From: an uncultured Myxococcales bacterium
Lineage (GTDB): Bacteria; Myxococcota; UBA4151
Reading direction: 5' to 3'
Length of the DNA: 37,512 bases
Assembly: GCA_964013405.1 (NCBI GenBank)
Contig: CAXGWI010000021.1
Span: forward strand, 1 to 37,512
Each line of letters starts with the position of its first letter. Within the stretch, counting starts at the first letter, position 1. A program made the translations under genes and the position numbers. The notes under the pieces are model-generated. The model did no database searches. It had not been told where the DNA came from and saw nothing but the letters and a program-made list of their open reading frames with translations. Of this stretch, positions 26,032 to 35,217 are shown one piece after another.

Positions 26032-27456
26032 ATGAAGAAGGGACTGGCCCTTTTGTCCTGCCTGGTACTGGTGGGTTGTATCGCACCGATCGACGAAGAA
26101 AACGCTGACGGTGGCGCAGGCGTCCAGGACGCAGGTCCCGGTGGCGGTGGCGGTGGCGGCGGTCAAGGCGACGCAGGTGGTGGCGGCGGACAAGATGGGG
26201 GCGTGAACCCCAACATCGAGAGCAAAACGATTCAGCAAATCCAGACCGGTGACGTGGCGGAAAATACCGAACTGCGCATCGATGAGGCGGTTGTGACCGC
26301 TGTGGTGAGTGACCAAGGCTTCTTCATTCAGCAGGGCTCGGGGAACCACAGCGGAATCTTCGTCTATGGTCCTGAGTCGACGGCCACAGAGGGGCTGGTG
26401 CGTGGGGCCCGTGTCACGCTCACTGGAACCTATGTGGAATTTGCCTCCGAAGGCAGTTCTACCAGTCAGTTGGCCTATCCCACCGTCGAGGTTCTTGGCG
26501 CCGATGGGGTCTTGCCGGAGCCGCTTATACTGGAGCCCAGTGCTTTGCTGGGTGAGGGGGCTGAACTCTACGAAGGGGTTCTTGTCACCATCGGTGATGT
26601 GGAGATCCTCAACGCCAATCCCGACGAGCCTGGTGATTTTGGTGAGATCGAGGTCACCGGCGGATTGCGCATCGATGACTACATCTACGGGGAGATGGAA
26701 AATGGCGGTGCCTTTGTTCGCATGGTTGGCACTCGCTTCAGTTCGATCACTGGCATCGGTCACGAGAGCTTCGGTCATCGAAAGTTACTGCCCCGTGACG
26801 CCGATGACCTGGTTCTCGATGGCGACCAACCAGACCCGCCGGCCACCGAGGTGGTGGCGATCACCGCCATCCAAGACGGCACGGTGGAAGCGGGCAGGAC
26901 GGTCACGGTGGAGCGCGGAATTGTGACGGCTGTAGTGACCGGCCGGGCGACTGGATTTTGGATTCAACAGGGCGGTGGCCCCTACAGTGGTATCTATGTC
27001 TACGTGGGCAATCGAGACGCTCAACTTCCCCAAGGCCTGGAACAGGGCAGTCGGGTGGATGTGACCGGCCGGGTCGCTGAGTATCAGGGCAGCACACAAC
27101 TGCAGGACCCGGTGGTGGTTGTGGGTGACTCCGGCGCCCTGCCCGAGCCCGAGTCCCTTCAAGTGGTCGACTTGGTGACCGACAACACCCAGGCCGAGCA
27201 GTGGGAAGGTGTGCTGGTCAGCGTCACCAACGTCACCATCTCGGAAGCCAACCCCGATGGGGATAATGACTACGGTGAGTTTGTGCTCGCCGGTGGTTTA
27301 CGGGTGGATGATTACATCTTCGATGATCTGGAATCCGGCGAGTTGTTCCCCCGGGAGGTGGGCACTCAATTCAATCGGATCACCGGCATTGCCCATGAGT
27401 CTTACGGCAACAAAAAACTGCTTCCTCGGGAAGCAACTGACATCACACTACCTTAA
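26032..27456 (+). CDS. Lipoprotein with two tandem YhcR/ExeM-type OB-fold modules and no catalytic domain
   Basis: AAGGAG RBS; lipobox LVGC; Gly linker; two about 205-aa repeats (VTAV..GF.IQ..SGI.VY; EGVLV; GGLR.DDYI; ITGI.HES.G..KLLPR). Confidence 0.85.
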   Translation: MKKGLALLSCLVLVGCIAPIDEENADGGAGVQDAGPGGGGGGGGQGDAGGGGGQDGGVNPNIESKTIQQIQTGDVAENTELRIDEAVVTAVVSDQGFFIQQGSGNHSGIFVYGPESTATEGLVRGARVTLTGTYVEFASEGSSTSQLAYPTVEVLGADGVLPEPLILEPSALLGEGAELYEGVLVTIGDVEILNANPDEPGDFGEIEVTGGLRIDDYIYGEMENGGAFVRMVGTRFSSITGIGHESFGHRKLLPRDADDLVLDGDQPDPPATEVVAITAIQDGTVEAGRTVTVERGIVTAVVTGRATGFWIQQGGGPYSGIYVYVGNRDAQLPQGLEQGSRVDVTGRVAEYQGSTQLQDPVVVVGDSGALPEPESLQVVDLVTDNTQAEQWEGVLVSVTNVTISEANPDGDNDYGEFVLAGGLRVDDYIFDDLESGELFPREVGTQFNRITGIAHESYGNKKLLPREATDITLP

Positions 27457-27480
27457 ACAAGAATCGATTCGGAGTTTTCC

Positions 27481-28668
27481 ATGAAAGCGACCAAGGAACT
27501 GGTTATTCTCGCCGCCAAGCGCACCCCATTTGGTGGTTTTGGTGGTAGCCTCAAAGCCCTCTCAGCGACCGATCTCGGTGTCATCGCTGCCGAAGCGGCC
27601 CTGGAAGAGGCGGGGATTGATAAAGGGGACATCGATCATGTGGTCTTCGGCAATGTCTGCCAAACCAGCGCCGACGCCATCTATTTGGCTCGTCACGTGG
27701 GCTTGCGTGCAGGGCTCCCCAAGACCGTGCCCGCTTTGACCGTAAATCGGCTGTGTGGCTCCGGTTTTCAGGCTTTGGTCAATGGCGCAGAGCTCATTCT
27801 GACCGGTCAGGCGAACGCAGTGCTCACCGGCGGTGCTGAGTCCATGAGTCAGGCTCCTCATGTGGTGCGTGGGGCCCGTTGGGGCCTGCCACTGGGTCGC
27901 TCGAAGATGGAAGACAGCCTGTGGGAGTGTCTCACCGACTCCTACAACCAGATGCCCATGGCGATCACGGCGGAGAACATCGCGGAGCGTTTCGACATCG
28001 CTCAGGCTGAAGTCGATGCCTACTCTGTGGCCTCTCAGGATCGCTACGAAGCGGGCCTCGCCGCGGGCAATTTCGCCGATGAAATCTGCCCCGTGACCCT
28101 AAAAAGTCGCAAGGGCGAGAAAGTGGTCGACGCCGATGAACACCCCCGGCCGGGGACCACGGTGGAAGGCCTCGCCCGTCTGCCGAAGGTCTTCAAAAAG
28201 GACGGCGTGATCCACGCAGGGGCCGCCTCCGGGATCTGCGATGGTGCAGGCGCCTTGATTATCGCCGATGGTGAATGGGCTCGGGCGAAGGGGCTTAAGC
28301 CTCTAGCAACCCTCGAGAGTTGGGGCGTGGTCGGCTGCGACCCCGATGTGATGGGGCTCGGTCCCGTGGAAGCCAGTCGGGCGGCCCTCAACGCCATCGA
28401 CAAAACCGCCGATGACATGGAGATGCTCGAGATTAATGAGGCTTTCGCTCCTCAGGTGTTGGGCTGCGTTAAAGAACTCGGCTGGGATCTCGACAAGGTG
28501 AACATGAACGGTGGTGCCATCGCTGTGGGTCACCCCCTGGCGGCCAGCGGTGCGCGCATCACCGCACATTTAGTGCATAATGTTCGCAAGGCGGGTGGTG
28601 GTTATGGTCTTGGCAGCGCGTGTATCGGCGGTGGCCAAGGCATTGCTGTCATCGTGAAGGGGGCTTGA
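27481..28668 (+). CDS. Acetyl-CoA C-acyltransferase (thiolase)
   Basis: NRLCGSG, NEAF, GHPLAASG and CIGGGQG catalytic motifs. Confidence 0.96.
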   Translation: MKATKELVILAAKRTPFGGFGGSLKALSATDLGVIAAEAALEEAGIDKGDIDHVVFGNVCQTSADAIYLARHVGLRAGLPKTVPALTVNRLCGSGFQALVNGAELILTGQANAVLTGGAESMSQAPHVVRGARWGLPLGRSKMEDSLWECLTDSYNQMPMAITAENIAERFDIAQAEVDAYSVASQDRYEAGLAAGNFADEICPVTLKSRKGEKVVDADEHPRPGTTVEGLARLPKVFKKDGVIHAGAASGICDGAGALIIADGEWARAKGLKPLATLESWGVVGCDPDVMGLGPVEASRAALNAIDKTADDMEMLEINEAFAPQVLGCVKELGWDLDKVNMNGGAIAVGHPLAASGARITAHLVHNVRKAGGGYGLGSACIGGGQGIAVIVKGA

Positions 28669-29894
28669 TGACCGACGAACTCATCTACGACTGGAACCTA
28701 AAGGACGCCCACTCCAATCTGGGCCGTTGGCCCATCGTCGTGGTCGACGAGACCCTTCGAGATGGCGTTCAAAGCCCTTCGGTGGCCGATCCGGAGTTGG
28801 ACCAGAAGATGGAGTTGGTCCGTCTGATGGCAGAAATGGGCGTCGGTGTGGTCGATGTGGGCCTGCCTGGCGCGGGTCCTCGAGCTCGGGAGCACGTCCT
28901 CGAGTTGGTTCGGATGATTCGGGACGAAAAACTGCCGATCATTCCCAACTGCGCAGCGCGGACTCTAGAGCAAGATATCGCACCGGTCGCGGAGGTGCAG
29001 CAGGAGCTGGGCTTTCCCGTGGAGGTCTACACCTTCATCGGCAGCTCACCCGTCCGCCAGTACACGGAAGGCTGGACGGTCGAGACCATCGCCGAAACCA
29101 GTCGTAAAGCGATCGAGTTCGCCGTCGGCCAAGGGCTGACCGTCTGCTACGTGACCGAAGACACCACCCGGAGCCGGCCCGACCAATTGCGGGTTCTGTT
29201 TGAGAACGCCATCGACGCTGGAGCGAGCCGTCTCGTGCTCTGCGACACCTGCGGTCACTCGACACCCAATGGGGTCAAGCAACTCGTGGGCTTCGCCCGC
29301 AGTTTCCTAGAGGCCATGGATGCCGATGTGGGTCTTGATTGGCACGGACATAACGATCGAGGTTTTGGTCTCACCAACGCCCTCTTTGCATTGGAGGCCG
29401 GGGTGACACGGGTCCACGGCACCGCGCTGGGCGTGGGGGAGCGGGTCGGCAACACGCCGATCGATCAGTTGCTGGTCAACCTGAAGTTGCTCAATCAATG
29501 GGATCATGACCTCTCCGGTCTTAACCGCTTCGTTCATTTGGCTTCGGAAGCCTGTGGCGTGCCCCTGCCCTACAACTACCCCGTCTTCGGTGATGACGCA
29601 TTCCGCACCGCCACTGGGGTCCATGCGGCCGCCATCATCAAAGCCCTCGATCGGGGCGATGAGGCCTTGGCCGATTTGGTTTACTCCGGTGTTCCAGCCA
29701 CTGCATTTGGCCAGTCTCAGGTGATCGAGATCGGTCCCATGAGCGGCAAATCGAATGTACGTTACTGGCTGAAGAGCCGGGGGCACAAAGGCGGCGATGC
29801 CCTGGAAAATGCGATTTTCCAGGCTGCCAAATCCAGTCCGACCATTCTAACGGAGGCCCAGCTCTCCGAGATTGTGAGCAAGTCCAGTGTTTGA
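28668..29894 (+). CDS. LeuA/homocitrate synthase family DRE-TIM enzyme, short form (408 aa)
   Basis: DETLRDG, HGHNDRG, GERVGN and GVHAAAI motifs; ends without the C-terminal leucine-binding regulatory domain; TGATG overlap with the thiolase. Confidence 0.9.
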   Translation: MTDELIYDWNLKDAHSNLGRWPIVVVDETLRDGVQSPSVADPELDQKMELVRLMAEMGVGVVDVGLPGAGPRAREHVLELVRMIRDEKLPIIPNCAARTLEQDIAPVAEVQQELGFPVEVYTFIGSSPVRQYTEGWTVETIAETSRKAIEFAVGQGLTVCYVTEDTTRSRPDQLRVLFENAIDAGASRLVLCDTCGHSTPNGVKQLVGFARSFLEAMDADVGLDWHGHNDRGFGLTNALFALEAGVTRVHGTALGVGERVGNTPIDQLLVNLKLLNQWDHDLSGLNRFVHLASEACGVPLPYNYPVFGDDAFRTATGVHAAAIIKALDRGDEALADLVYSGVPATAFGQSQVIEIGPMSGKSNVRYWLKSRGHKGGDALENAIFQAAKSSPTILTEAQLSEIVSKSSV

Positions 29895-30072
29895 TGGTGT
29901 GGAAGTCTTCTCTGCCACCGTGGCGGTTGAGCGTGAAAGGCTTGGGCAACGGGTCACCCGTTGGCTACAGGAGCATCCAGATCGGGAAGTGATTGAAAAA
30001 GAGGTCAAGCAGAGTTCCGACTCCAGTCACCACTGCCTAACGATCATTCTCTACTGGCGTCATCGTTCATGA
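29887..30072 (+). CDS. 61-aa conserved hypothetical protein of myxobacterial type
   Basis: GV.VFSAT...RE.LG..VT.WL...QSSD...HCL.I.LY pattern recalled from myxobacterial small proteins; overlaps both neighbouring genes. Confidence 0.8.
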   Translation: MFDGVEVFSATVAVERERLGQRVTRWLQEHPDREVIEKEVKQSSDSSHHCLTIILYWRHRS

Positions 30073-30692
30073 CCGACCCTCGGGAGCAAGCGCTTCGCTT
30101 CAAAGCCCTCCGGGATCAGCGGGCTCAGGGGCCGCTGAGCCCAGAGGAAGAGCGAGAGTTTCAGCGATTGGGGCAGTCCTTAAGGGCCCTGCGACAGGCC
30201 CGGTCTGGGGCTGCTGCGGAGTTACCCCAGAAAAAGGTCTTGGGCGATGGCGCTCGCCTGCGCGGCCATCCCCTGCCTGGTTGTGACTTTTTTGACGACT
30301 TCCCCGAACTTTACCGGCGAGAGGTCTTTGGTGCTCGTCGCCGCCGTCCTCCGGCCGAGGACGAAGCCCTCCCTCGGGGTTCGGGGACGGTGAGAACCCG
30401 CTCGGGGGAGAAACTTCAAGGGCAAGTGATTGTGGACGAGCGGATTCATGTCGCGGGCCAGGCCTTGCCCCGTAGCCAGGTGATGGAAGTCCACCTCAGT
30501 GCGTCGGCTGGGGCCAAGCGGGGCCAAGGTTTGACCATCAAACTCACCGATGGTCGGGTCCAAAAAGGTTACTTGGTAAGTGGGGAGGACGAGGACTTCC
30601 TCGATCTCCTTCCCCTGACCGCCCAGGATCAAGAACAGACCCGTTGGTTGATTCGTCGAAGCGAAGTCGCGTCGACATCCCAATGGGGCTAG
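30069..30692 (+). CDS. Hypothetical protein with DUF6982-like small beta domains
   Basis: ATGA overlap; N-terminal helices; two Sm/SH3-like segments (VRTRSGEKLQG, IKLTDGRVQKGY). Family call tentative. Confidence 0.6.
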   Translation: MTDPREQALRFKALRDQRAQGPLSPEEEREFQRLGQSLRALRQARSGAAAELPQKKVLGDGARLRGHPLPGCDFFDDFPELYRREVFGARRRRPPAEDEALPRGSGTVRTRSGEKLQGQVIVDERIHVAGQALPRSQVMEVHLSASAGAKRGQGLTIKLTDGRVQKGYLVSGEDEDFLDLLPLTAQDQEQTRWLIRRSEVASTSQWG

Positions 30693-32113
30693 TTGCAGAC
30701 TTCGTCGAAGCTTCTTTGAACCGTGCCTGTTAAGGTCGGCAGGTGAACCGTTTTACGGGCTTGGTCAGGCCCGGGCGTGTAGGTCACCTCTGCCTCCACC
30801 GTCACGTCCTCTTCTCGACACTGGGCCGTTCCTGTGCGCCGATCTTCAAGTCGAGCGTCGAAGGTGCGGCCCGTCGGTGAATCACAGGCCTCTTGGTCGA
30901 AGAGGAGGGTGACCTCACCCCGGGCATTGATGGTCATGCCCATGCTTTGTTGTAAGGCGGTTTCCGCCCCCGAGATCATCTCTAGCCCATCGGCCGACAG
31001 TCTAAGTTGGTCGCTGCGGCCATGACTGGCGATGGGGTTCAGATTTTCATCGACGACATAGGTTTTGAGGCTGCGGCCGTCACCGGCGGCGACTCGATCG
31101 ATGCTGGAGCTCGGCTGCATTCGAGACCCTTTCGGTCCGGTCACGAGGGGGGCTGAAGTCCAGAGGATGTGCGTGGTGCGAAAAATCCGGGTGTCCCCAT
31201 CATAACGACCGTTGCCTGGGTCCCATTGACCGCTCTGGTTGAGATCCAAGAACCACTCACCTCGCTCCCAGGCGCCGCTGTCATCCGTGTCCAAAAAGGG
31301 CTCGGGCAAATCATCGAATGATTCCCCCGGGTCCCAGAGGCCATTGCCATTGTCGTCATCGTAACCTTCGGCCCCTTGGAGGTGCACCAAGAGACTGACC
31401 AAGCCATCTCTCGGGTTGTGGGTTCGATTGTTGGCATCGTAGGAAATAGCGTCAGCACAGCGGTGGGGGAGGGGGGCGACGTCTACGGGCTCGTCTTGCC
31501 CGACCACCGCCCGGTAGGTGATGGAGGGCGGCTGGCAGCGCCCGGTGCGGGCCGGCTCCTGTTGAAAGCCGCCCGCCTCGGCCATGAACGCGGCGTCGCC
31601 CACAGGAAACAGCCCGAGATCGAGGGCGCAGGGGACTTCGATGGCTTGGCCGTGCAGGTCCCGATCCAGCGCGCTGATGTTGGAGGCAGCACAGGTAAAG
31701 CCAAGGTCCCGATTGGTGAGCCGAGCGCCGGGGGGAAAGTTGATGACCAGCGAGCCACTGGGTGTCGTTTGATTCAGGGTTCGAAAAGAAACGGTCACCT
31801 CCGCAGGCCCCCCGCCACAGCCTTGAAAGAGGGTCACTTCGGCCCGGCCGCCCCGGGCGTCCACGGTGATTTCTGCTTGGTCCTCGTCTTCGGCGAAGGA
31901 GCCGTTGTCCGTGGCGAAGGTGACCTGGGTGCCATCGGTGACCGGAGCATCCCGAAAGATCATTTCCGCTTCGAGGACAACCCGATCGGACTGGAGATTG
32001 ACGATGAAGATCTCGATCTGTTCTTCGACATCAAAACAGCCGACCAGTAAGCCACAGCCAAGGCTGATCGACAGGCTTAAAAGCCGATGATAAGGGGCCT
32101 TCGGCAAGCGCAT
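30689..32113 (-). CDS. Lipoprotein with Ig-like (Big_1-type) domain and DxNxxG acidic repeats
   Basis: GGAGG before ATG 32113; lipobox LVGC; PVTDGTQVTFATDNGSF; EGYDDDNGNGLWDPGESFDDLPEPFLD. Confidence 0.8.
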   Translation of the reverse strand: MRLPKAPYHRLLSLSISLGCGLLVGCFDVEEQIEIFIVNLQSDRVVLEAEMIFRDAPVTDGTQVTFATDNGSFAEDEDQAEITVDARGGRAEVTLFQGCGGGPAEVTVSFRTLNQTTPSGSLVINFPPGARLTNRDLGFTCAASNISALDRDLHGQAIEVPCALDLGLFPVGDAAFMAEAGGFQQEPARTGRCQPPSITYRAVVGQDEPVDVAPLPHRCADAISYDANNRTHNPRDGLVSLLVHLQGAEGYDDDNGNGLWDPGESFDDLPEPFLDTDDSGAWERGEWFLDLNQSGQWDPGNGRYDGDTRIFRTTHILWTSAPLVTGPKGSRMQPSSSIDRVAAGDGRSLKTYVVDENLNPIASHGRSDQLRLSADGLEMISGAETALQQSMGMTINARGEVTLLFDQEACDSPTGRTFDARLEDRRTGTAQCREEDVTVEAEVTYTPGPDQARKTVHLPTLTGTVQRSFDEVCN

Positions 32114-32221
32114 GCTGCCTCCTTGAACCGGTGGCTGCCAGCCTGCCATAGCCCTCTGGGCCTGTCGAGTAAGGGAAGCGATCGCCGACCACTCACGTTG
32201 TCCGCTTGGAGCAGAGGATTC

Positions 32222-32944
32222 ATGGATCGTCGAGGTTGGCTGAAACTGAGCGCAGCGGGGATGGCCGGGCTCTTTGCGCCGCCGGCCTGGGCCTTTGGCG
32301 AAGCCACTCGCTTCGCCTTTGGTCAGTTGGGTGCTCCAGACCCGGTTCGAAGTGGCGCATGGGCTCGACTGGCCTTGGAGTTGGGCCAACGAACTTCGGT
32401 GACTTGTCAGCCCCGGCCGAGCGCCCTTTCCCTCGAAGATGCGGCCCTCTTCCGTCACCCCTTCTTGATCCTATCGGGTGCGTCGTTGCCGCCTTGGACC
32501 GAGGATGCCTGGCAGCGTTTACACCGCTACCTGGGGGCCGGCGGCTTTCTCTTTCTCGACGGCCGTGGTCCTGGTGATCCACTGGTTCAACAAGCCTACG
32601 ATCGTCTAGCCCGTCGCTTTTCCCCAGAGGCGAAGCTGCGACTGGATCGGGAGCATGTGCTGTTTCGGAGCTTTTATCTGCTGGAGCGCCCCATGGGTCG
32701 CGTTCTCGCCTCCGAGCCGGCCCGGGCCTTGGTCCAGGATGGCCGATTGGCTGTGGTTGCGACGGAGGTGGACCTTGCGGGTGCGCTGGCCCGAGACGCC
32801 TTTGGTGCGTGGAGTTTTGACTTGCCGAGCGGCGACCGGGAGCGGGCCGTTCGTTTCGGTGTGAATTTGGTGATGTACGCCCTCTGTACCGACTATAAGG
32901 CCGATCAAGTCCACATCCCATTCTTACTGAAACGGCGCCGCTGA
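32222..32944 (+). CDS. DUF4159 domain protein with Tat signal
   Basis: MDRRGWL twin-arginine signal; HPFLILSG, YLGAGGFLFLD, HVLFRSFY and GVNLVMYALCTDYKADQVH motifs. Confidence 0.9.
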   Translation: MDRRGWLKLSAAGMAGLFAPPAWAFGEATRFAFGQLGAPDPVRSGAWARLALELGQRTSVTCQPRPSALSLEDAALFRHPFLILSGASLPPWTEDAWQRLHRYLGAGGFLFLDGRGPGDPLVQQAYDRLARRFSPEAKLRLDREHVLFRSFYLLERPMGRVLASEPARALVQDGRLAVVATEVDLAGALARDAFGAWSFDLPSGDRERAVRFGVNLVMYALCTDYKADQVHIPFLLKRRR

Positions 32945-35148
32945 TGGAGCGGAGCGGTCTGGACTTCCAGCCTCTGGTGGGCTCGGGCTGGTTGTTTTTC
33001 TTAGGGCTCTGCGCGTGCTTGGCCTTGTATTGGAGTTGGCGCTCCAGTCAGGGCCTCAGCCCTCGGCGCCGGGGGCTCCTGTTGGCGCTCAGGAGCCTTT
33101 TGGTCTTCGGCGTCGTGATCACTCTGTCGGGCCCCAGCCTGCGTAAAGAACGGGTGCGTCGGATTCCAGGTAAGGCGGTGGTGCTCGTCGATCGCTCCGC
33201 CTCCATGGGGGTGGAAGCCCGAGAGGAGGCCGTCGCTAGACTGCTCCAGCCCGAAGCGCTCAAGGAACTCAGCAGCAACTATCGGGTTCAGTTTCAGGGC
33301 TTTAGTGATGGCTTGGAAGGGCTGGATCCTACGGCCTTAGGGCCGGCGGAAGGCGAGGACACCGACCTGCTGGGGGCCTTGGAGGCCATGGGGCGCCATC
33401 TAGGGGATCAGGCCATCGCCGGAATTGCCCTTATCTCCGACGCCGTTGACCGACGGGGCAGCTTTCGGAGCCCCGAGGCTGAGGCTCGGTTGAAGGCCTT
33501 AGGCATTCCCGTGAGTCTGCTGGTTCCCGGTGAGGCCACCGGCAAGGACGGCGGGGTCGAACTTCTCGACCCCCCCAAGCTCGCCTTTGTTCGCAACACC
33601 TTCCAAGCCAAGTTTCGGGTGCGTGCGCGCGGCCTGAAGGGTCAACGCCTCCAATTGACCTACCACATGCCTGGTATCGAAGAGGGCAGTCAGTGGGTCG
33701 AAGTGACCGACGATATTTTTGAGAAGGACCTTATGGTCCCCCTCAAGCCCGTCCGGGTCGGACGCCAAGTCCTCACGGTCGAGTTGAGCCCGGTTTTGGG
33801 TGAAAACCAGATTCAAAACAACCGGCTCGAGGTGCCGCTACAGGTGGTGAGGGACCGCCTGCGTGTATTGCAGGTGGCCGGCGAGCCGACCTGGGATGTG
33901 CGCTTTCTGCGTCGACTCCTGAAGGAGGATCCGGGGATCGATCTCATCAGCTTCTTCATTCTTCGAACCCACGGTGATTCCAATGAGGTGCCTGAGGAGG
34001 AGTTGAGCCTGATCCCCTTTCCGGAACGGGAGCTCTTCATGGAGCAATTGGACACCTTTGATGTGGTGATCTTTCAGGACTTCGACTTCGCCCCGTACAG
34101 CGTGGGTAGATACCTCCGGCACGTGCGTGACTTCGTCTTAGAAAATGGCGGCGGCTTCGTCATGGTGGGCGGTCCCCGCAGCTTTACGGAGGGCGGCTAC
34201 GCGGGCACCCCTGTGGGCGAGATTTTGCCCGTGGAGCTGGGCGCAGGACCGGCGGATCAGCGATTTTTCCATCCGCGGGTGACGGCCCAAGGGCATCCGA
34301 TCCTCGACCTTCGTCCTGGGCAGTCGGTCCAAGGGCTGCTCGACAGTTTACCGCTGCTCGCTGGCCATAATCGTCTCGGCCGACCGAAACCGGGCAGCAC
34401 GGTGCTCCTTGTCCATCCCGAGCACAGTGAGTCCCGTCCGGAGCCGGTGATGGTGGCAAGCCGTATGGGGCGGGGACGGAGCTTGGCGATCGGTGTGGAC
34501 AGTCTGTGGAATTGGCAACTTCCCGCCGCTGAAGCCAAAGCCGGGCAACGACCCTATTATCGCTTTTGGCATAAAGCACTGCGTTGGTTGGCCGGCGACC
34601 TCGCCTACAGCCGATTGCAGTGGTCTGGGCTCTCCGAGCGCCACCCTTCGGGCAAGCCCTTGCGGTTTCGCATGGGGCTCAAAGATCCCCAATGGAAGCC
34701 CCAGGCCAATGGGCAGATCGAACTTCGCCTTGAACACCGCCATGAAGCGCCTCGTAAAGTTCAAGCCACCACCGACGAGGCCGGTTGGGCGGGCTTTGAA
34801 ATCGAGGACCTGCGGGATGGTGTTTGGTCCCTGAAGGCCGTGGCCAGCGCTGAGGGGGCGGAGGTCGCCCAACTCGAAGGGGTGGTTCTGGTGGGCGCTC
34901 TGGGGCCCGAGCGGCGCGAGTTAGGTCCCGATGGTGCCATCGCAACGCGGATTGCCAGTGCAACCGGCGGCGAGGTCCTCAATTGGCAGCGCCATGACCT
35001 CACGGATGTGCCCTGGAAAGCGGTCTGGACCGAACGGGTCGAAGCAGTGGAGTGGACCCCGCTTTGGAATCGGCCCTGGATGATTTTGCTTTGGCTGATT
35101 CCTGGCTTGCTCGCCATCCTGCTTAGGCGGCGGTGGAACCTGGCCTAG
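32944..35148 (+). CDS. Membrane protein with vWA-like and GATase1-like domains
   Basis: N-terminal TM helices; LVDRSASM (MIDAS DxSxS); LISFFILRT, ELSLIPFP and GGGFVMVGGPRSF motifs; C-terminal TM; TGATG coupling to DUF4159. Confidence 0.85.
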   Translation: MERSGLDFQPLVGSGWLFFLGLCACLALYWSWRSSQGLSPRRRGLLLALRSLLVFGVVITLSGPSLRKERVRRIPGKAVVLVDRSASMGVEAREEAVARLLQPEALKELSSNYRVQFQGFSDGLEGLDPTALGPAEGEDTDLLGALEAMGRHLGDQAIAGIALISDAVDRRGSFRSPEAEARLKALGIPVSLLVPGEATGKDGGVELLDPPKLAFVRNTFQAKFRVRARGLKGQRLQLTYHMPGIEEGSQWVEVTDDIFEKDLMVPLKPVRVGRQVLTVELSPVLGENQIQNNRLEVPLQVVRDRLRVLQVAGEPTWDVRFLRRLLKEDPGIDLISFFILRTHGDSNEVPEEELSLIPFPERELFMEQLDTFDVVIFQDFDFAPYSVGRYLRHVRDFVLENGGGFVMVGGPRSFTEGGYAGTPVGEILPVELGAGPADQRFFHPRVTAQGHPILDLRPGQSVQGLLDSLPLLAGHNRLGRPKPGSTVLLVHPEHSESRPEPVMVASRMGRGRSLAIGVDSLWNWQLPAAEAKAGQRPYYRFWHKALRWLAGDLAYSRLQWSGLSERHPSGKPLRFRMGLKDPQWKPQANGQIELRLEHRHEAPRKVQATTDEAGWAGFEIEDLRDGVWSLKAVASAEGAEVAQLEGVVLVGALGPERRELGPDGAIATRIASATGGEVLNWQRHDLTDVPWKAVWTERVEAVEWTPLWNRPWMILLWLIPGLLAILLRRRWNLA

Positions 35149-35217
35149 CACAAGGAGTCTAGACCCCCGCGTATTCCGTGTTATGGGGATGCTCAAAGAA
35201 TAAGGCTCGGAGTTCGA

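Noticed and set aside
26140..26190. (GGTGGC)n microsatellite
   Set aside because: Encodes an ordinary Gly linker after the lipobox with mixed codons.
25930..26778. N-terminal extension of the SDR ORF (508 aa in the track)
   Set aside because: Overlaps the opposite-strand lipoprotein; the Rossmann motif begins just after ATG 25929.
32087..32458. Apparent overlap of the Ig lipoprotein and DUF4159 ORFs
   Set aside because: Signal peptides place the true starts at 32113 (-) and 32222 (+), so the genes do not overlap.
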